A stretch of DNA of 64,000 nt from Saccharolobus islandicus REY15A (GTDB taxonomy: Archaea > Thermoproteota > Thermoprotei_A > Sulfolobales > Sulfolobaceae), in assembly GCF_000189555.1 (NCBI RefSeq), contig NC_017276.1; one strand, written 5' to 3'. Shown here piece by piece: positions 60,051-64,000 of the stretch. A model generated the notes under the pieces. The model was not told the origin of the DNA, made no database searches, and saw only the letters and a list, made by a program, of their open reading frames with translations. A program made the translations under genes and the position numbers. The number at the start of each line of letters is the position of its first letter. The first letter of the stretch is position 1.

Positions 60051-61028
60051 ATGCCGTTAAAGACATTTGATACAATAATAGTTGGGGCAGGAATTGCTGG
60101 ATTAAGTGCTGCATTATATTCTTCTAGACAAAAACTATCAACGTTAGTACTATCAAAAGATCTTGGTGGGCAATTAACGTTAACAGATTTAATAGAGAAC
60201 TATCCCGGAATAGAGTCAACTGGAGGATTAAGTCTGGCACAAAAGATTGAGAAACAAGCTAAGAAGTTCGGCGCGGAATTCATTTATGGAGAAGAGGTTA
60301 AGGAGATAGCGCAAGAGTCTGACGTATTCATAATAAAGGGAATTAAAGGTGAATACGCTGGAAGAGCTATAATTTTAGCGTTTGGTAAAACGCCTAGGGA
60401 AATTAACGTCCCTGGAGAGCAAGAGTTTAAAGGAAAAGGAGTATCATACTGTGCAATATGTGATGCGGCATTCTTCAAGGGTAAGCCAGCAGCCGTAGTA
60501 GGCGAAGGCGAGCCTGGGATAGAAGCTATAGAGTTGTTGTCTAATTACGCAAATCCAGCATATTATATTACCTCATCGTCTTATCTGGCGGGTGAGGAGG
60601 AGATCGTGAAGAACGTGTTGAATAAGCCTAACGTTAAAATATTTACGTCCTCAAAAGTTTTAGAAATAAGAGGGAACAGTAAGGTTGAGGAGATTATGAT
60701 AAAGAAGGGAGATGAGATAATATCGTTGAGGGTTGATGGTGTTATAATTGAAATGGGTTATGTTCTGAAAACTGAGTTCCTAAAAGGCTTTGTTGAGTTA
60801 AATGAGAAAGGCGAGATAGTTGTCGATGAATTAGGAAGAACAAGTAGAGAGGGAGTATTTGCAGCGGGGGATGTTACTCAAACGCCGTATAAGCAAGCCG
60901 TTGTAGCTGCCGCTGAGGGAGTTAAGGCTTCATTATCAGCCTATAATTATATTAGAAGTAAGAAGGGTCTCCCACCAGTTAACGTAGATTGGAAAGCTGA
61001 AAAGAAGAAGGTTAGCTTCAGGCTCTAG
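60051..61028 (+). CDS. trxB: Thioredoxin reductase
   Basis: [24 protein letters not shown]...G..A. Confidence 0.9.
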   Translation: MPLKTFDTIIVGAGIAGLSAALYSSRQKLSTLVLSKDLGGQLTLTDLIENYPGIESTGGLSLAQKIEKQAKKFGAEFIYGEEVKEIAQESDVFIIKGIKGEYAGRAIILAFGKTPREINVPGEQEFKGKGVSYCAICDAAFFKGKPAAVVGEGEPGIEAIELLSNYANPAYYITSSSYLAGEEEIVKNVLNKPNVKIFTSSKVLEIRGNSKVEEIMIKKGDEIISLRVDGVIIEMGYVLKTEFLKGFVELNEKGEIVVDELGRTSREGVFAAGDVTQTPYKQAVVAAAEGVKASLSAYNYIRSKKGLPPVNVDWKAEKKKVSFRL

Positions 61029-61055
61029 CTTTTTATCTTTCTCTTTTTATTATTA

Positions 61056-62414
61056 TTGATGCAAACGTATTTTGTTCCTTTAGCTGTAGATCAAAATTAT
61101 AATGAGATAAATTTTCATAAACAAATTGCAATCTCCTTATTGAATTTGGATTTAGAGAGGAAGGAGAAAATAGTAAGAGCGTCAATAATAGGATGGCCCT
61201 TACTAATAAAAAAGACCGACCAAGGATTTTTAGTTTTAGATCAGACTTTAAAAACTTCCTCAAGAATACTAAAGTATCTCTACCCTCCATTCAATGATAT
61301 GGCTTCACAATTTTCTTCAATAAATGATTATACAACATTTGTATCTAATTTGAAGAAGATAAATTTAGAGCGAGTAAGCTCCAGTGAGATAACGCTAGTA
61401 GGTTTATTAAATTTTGAGATTGATAGGTTACTTAGAGTTGCAAAGAACACCTCAAACGTAAATTATCAATTATTTCTGCTAGATTCCAAAATCAGCGACC
61501 ATGACGTGAAGGTAATTAACGATACTTTGATTAACTTAAAAGCTGAGGCTTTATCCACAATAACGTCGCTGGAAAACCTATTAAAAGAAGTTGATGATGC
61601 TAGATTAAGGATAAAAAAGGATTATGTCAGTAAACTAGATGAGATTAATAAAAAATATAATGAGTTAATTGAAAACAAGAAAAAGGAGATTAATAACGAG
61701 ATTCAGAAAGTCTACAGTGAGATATATAATGAAACGAATAACGAGATTAACTCCCGAGTCTCAAGACTTGCTGATACGACAACTAGGCATGTTATTACAA
61801 GTTTAAAGTACGAAGGGGGAATTGTAGGAAAGGACGAATTTGAAAACTCTAAGAACGAATTTGAAAGTCTGTTAAATGAACTAAGACAAGTAAGGGATTC
61901 GATTGCTGGGAAATATTTGGAAGAGGTTAAAAATTTAAGAAAGGAACTTGACTCCTTATATTCCAATAAGAATTCTGAGATCGAGAATATAAATAAATCG
62001 ATTAGAGATTTGGATAGTCTTACTAACGACTTTAAGAATAAGGCTAATAAGATTAAAGAAGATGTTGAGAACTTCATTAAGTATATAGAATCGTTCTATA
62101 ATACTAAGCTAGATCTAACTGAGGATACTACTTTAATCGTGCCATTCCTTATAGCTAAAACAAATACAGGAAACACATTGGTAGTGGAACCTCAATTATA
62201 CAAGGGAAAGGCTAAGGGTATTCTGGGAAAGGTTTTCAAGAAGTCCGACCTATCTGAGACTTTATTGAATCTCCAAATCTTTACGGAATACTTAAAAATT
62301 ATTGATATTATTGATAACGTTAAGATGCACTCCATACAAGTGAACAGCGCATTTAAGGAAATTAAGGATGAAGGGTGGAAGAGTATTGATTCCCTAGAAG
62401 AATTTTACGACTGA
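61056..62414 (+). CDS. Coiled-coil hypothetical protein
   Basis: Heptad-rich centre (about aa 160-340) flanked by globular ends with GWPLL and IVPFLIA motifs. Confidence 0.7.
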   Translation: MMQTYFVPLAVDQNYNEINFHKQIAISLLNLDLERKEKIVRASIIGWPLLIKKTDQGFLVLDQTLKTSSRILKYLYPPFNDMASQFSSINDYTTFVSNLKKINLERVSSSEITLVGLLNFEIDRLLRVAKNTSNVNYQLFLLDSKISDHDVKVINDTLINLKAEALSTITSLENLLKEVDDARLRIKKDYVSKLDEINKKYNELIENKKKEINNEIQKVYSEIYNETNNEINSRVSRLADTTTRHVITSLKYEGGIVGKDEFENSKNEFESLLNELRQVRDSIAGKYLEEVKNLRKELDSLYSNKNSEIENINKSIRDLDSLTNDFKNKANKIKEDVENFIKYIESFYNTKLDLTEDTTLIVPFLIAKTNTGNTLVVEPQLYKGKAKGILGKVFKKSDLSETLLNLQIFTEYLKIIDIIDNVKMHSIQVNSAFKEIKDEGWKSIDSLEEFYD

Positions 62415-62447
62415 AAGCCTCGCCATTTATGGCAGGGATGAAATCAG
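62413..62447 (+). repeat. IS200/IS605-end-like hairpin between two convergent genes
   Basis: gaaagcctcgccatttatggcagggatgaaatcag; overlaps the stop codons of both flanking ORFs. Confidence 0.6.
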
Positions 62448-63040
62448 ACATGACCTGGTACAGCATTTACGCGTCTTATTACCAGAAAGTAGTAGAATAC
62501 TATCAACAACGCTATGTAGATGGCAAGATCTATATAATAAGGTAGAGGTATTAGATAAACTAGTATTAATAATAATGGAATGAAATAAATTAGTCCCCTA
62601 TATTTCGAAACCTTAGAAGTTCTGTATCTAGGATATGGCATTGTATTAGAGAAATTTGAGAGTAATACTAAGTAGACTATGATAATATATGGATCGTATG
62701 TATCATTAAGATATCCCTCTAAACCGTCTTGAATTCTCCTTATTTCACCCACCTCAGTGTTACTAGTGGTGAAGATTTTTACGCTATTCTCATACCCTCT
62801 CATGAATGCAACCAACTGAGGTCTGCTTACAATGAAATTGAACATACTATATTGTAGATTAAATTTTTTAATTTCACCGATCTTAGAATTGTATTGATAA
62901 ATCTCATAAGTATTAAACCCTTTGCGTTTTAGCAGTAAATTATAGCTACCCTCAACTCTTATTTGGTTACCCTCAACCTTAACAGTACACAACGTTAAAT
63001 CTTCTGAGCTTATTGTACCGTTAGAATATCTAAATATCAT
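62444..63040 (-). CDS. Hypothetical protein with two C-terminal TM helices
   Basis: Beta-rich N-terminus, then YFIPLLLILVYLI and YIDLAIYIALLIVFYYF. Confidence 0.7.
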   Translation of the reverse strand: MIFRYSNGTISSEDLTLCTVKVEGNQIRVEGSYNLLLKRKGFNTYEIYQYNSKIGEIKKFNLQYSMFNFIVSRPQLVAFMRGYENSVKIFTTSNTEVGEIRRIQDGLEGYLNDTYDPYIIIVYLVLLSNFSNTMPYPRYRTSKVSKYRGLIYFIPLLLILVYLIPLPYYIDLAIYIALLIVFYYFLVIRRVNAVPGHV

Positions 63041-63058
63041 TAGACTCTACTACTTTTG

Positions 63059-63202
63059 CTAGAATATTAGCTTTCTTCTCTTCTTAGCGTAATTTAGAGC
63101 ATATTTTCTAGACAATAAATACTTCCTACTTTTAAGATAGAAGTAGTAAGCCATGTAGACTCTCGGTAACCTAACATGGTAAAGACGAGATCTGTAACCC
63201 AT
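63059..63202 (-). CDS. Putative small basic protein (47 aa) MGYRSRLYHVRLPRVYMAYYFYLKSRKYLLSRKYALNYAKKRRKLIF
   Basis: Below the ORF-track cutoff; fills the gap between the 198-aa gene and mscS; no family recognised. Confidence 0.35.
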   Translation of the reverse strand: MGYRSRLYHVRLPRVYMAYYFYLKSRKYLLSRKYALNYAKKRRKLIF

Positions 63203-63313
63203 GTAGTGAAATAGTATTTAAGGATAATAAGGATTAGTTAACATTATAGGGAATGCTGATTTTTCCTATTATTAAACATAAGTGATATAAACGATTACTC
63301 AAAAGGTAATACC

Positions 63314-64000
63314 ATGGCTTTAAACGAGAGAAGAGTGATAGCAATTATCTTAACAGTGATATTAGCTGGAATAGCAATTGGTGGAGGAATTTTCGTATTA
63401 TCCAGCGTATTTAAAATAATTCCAAGTGATTATCTACTCTATATTTATGCTGGAATTTGGTTTATAGTAGCAGTTATCGTTTCATACTTCATAGGATCTC
63501 TCATAAGGAATAGGTTAGGAAATGTGATAGGGTACGATAATGCTAGTAGTGTTTCGTTTGTAGTTAGACTTATTGGGTATATTATAGCCTTTATAGGATT
63601 CTTTGTACTGGTGAGAGTGAGTTTAGGGGCAGCATTAGCAGCAGGCGGTTTCGCTGGATTGGTTTTAGGCTTAGCTTCACAAGATGTGCTTAGTAACATA
63701 TTCGGTGGGATAATGCTAGTAATTTCTAGACCGTATAAGGTAGGAGACAGAGTGACAATATCAACGTGGCAATATGGTCTAATAGCCCCGACTTATCCTC
63801 CAAAGTTCTTCTCCAATGATTTCTTGATTCCAGGATATACTGGTACAGTCACGGACATATCCTTGCTTTATACTACAATATTTACTGATGAGCAAGTTCC
63901 AGTAAAAATACCAAATAGTATAATGATTCAAGCTGCAATCTTCCTTCATAACAGAGAGGAAAGAAGGAAGGTTAGAACTAAGTATGAAGTTTCCAAGGAT
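63314..64000 (+). CDS. mscS: MscS family mechanosensitive channel (3'-partial)
   Basis: Missing from the ORF track because it runs off the window: MALNERRVIAII...GLVLGLASQDVLSNIFGG...RPYKVGDRV...G.V.DISLLYT...V.IPNS. Confidence 0.9.
   Translation, partial: MALNERRVIAIILTVILAGIAIGGGIFVLSSVFKIIPSDYLLYIYAGIWFIVAVIVSYFIGSLIRNRLGNVIGYDNASSVSFVVRLIGYIIAFIGFFVLVRVSLGAALAAGGFAGLVLGLASQDVLSNIFGGIMLVISRPYKVGDRVTISTWQYGLIAPTYPPKFFSNDFLIPGYTGTVTDISLLYTTIFTDEQVPVKIPNSIMIQAAIFLHNREERRKVRTKYEVSKD

Noticed and set aside
2508-60478. The many short ORF-track entries antisense to or nested in long genes (e.g. 3416-3763, 6882-7091, 10329-10643, 18460-18819, 25807-26208, 53342-53599)
   Set aside because: Shadow ORFs fully overlapping well-supported genes on the opposite strand, with no recognisable motifs.
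1-64000. CRISPR array, tRNA or rRNA genes
   Set aside because: No regularly spaced 24-37 bp direct repeats, and no GC-rich cloverleaf or rRNA-like stretch seen by eye.

Overview
64 kb of AT-rich archaeal chromosome, almost certainly Sulfolobales (Saccharolobus solfataricus/islandicus-like, judged from GlcU/GlcV, the ISH3 element and the TnpB remnant). No rRNA, tRNA or CRISPR array was seen. Left part (1-14.4 kb): acyl-CoA/beta-oxidation genes, malic enzyme, acetate permease plus Acs, thioesterase and an SBP56/methanethiol-oxidase-family gene with a coupled membrane protein. At about 19,660 a rearrangement junction with 7-bp microhomology fuses a broken glcT to a broken livH-like gene, leaving two headless ABC operons. 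GlcV has also lost its stop codon through a 1-nt deletion. 21.5-25.7 kb is a mobile-element scar: a decayed IS200/IS605 tnpB, and an ISH3-family IS inserted into an IS605-type end. Further IS605-end-like palindromes are scattered across the window, some supplying stop codons to host genes. The middle part holds agmatinase, a family-5 UDG, a beta-carbonic-anhydrase-like protein, 4-hydroxybutyryl-CoA dehydratase, two GH15 enzymes, an Nre plus radical-SAM pair, a ferritin-fused encapsulin, and an uncharacterised wHTH/ATPase module. The right part holds the best candidate for an undescribed system: a 4-subunit 2-oxoacid:ferredoxin oxidoreductase preceded by a DmsB-DmsC fusion (a pad-operon-like layout), next to an etfB-etfA-acyl-CoA dehydrogenase-Mo large subunit operon and a divergent polyferredoxin membrane protein. 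All family assignments come from motif reading and recall; no database searches were run.
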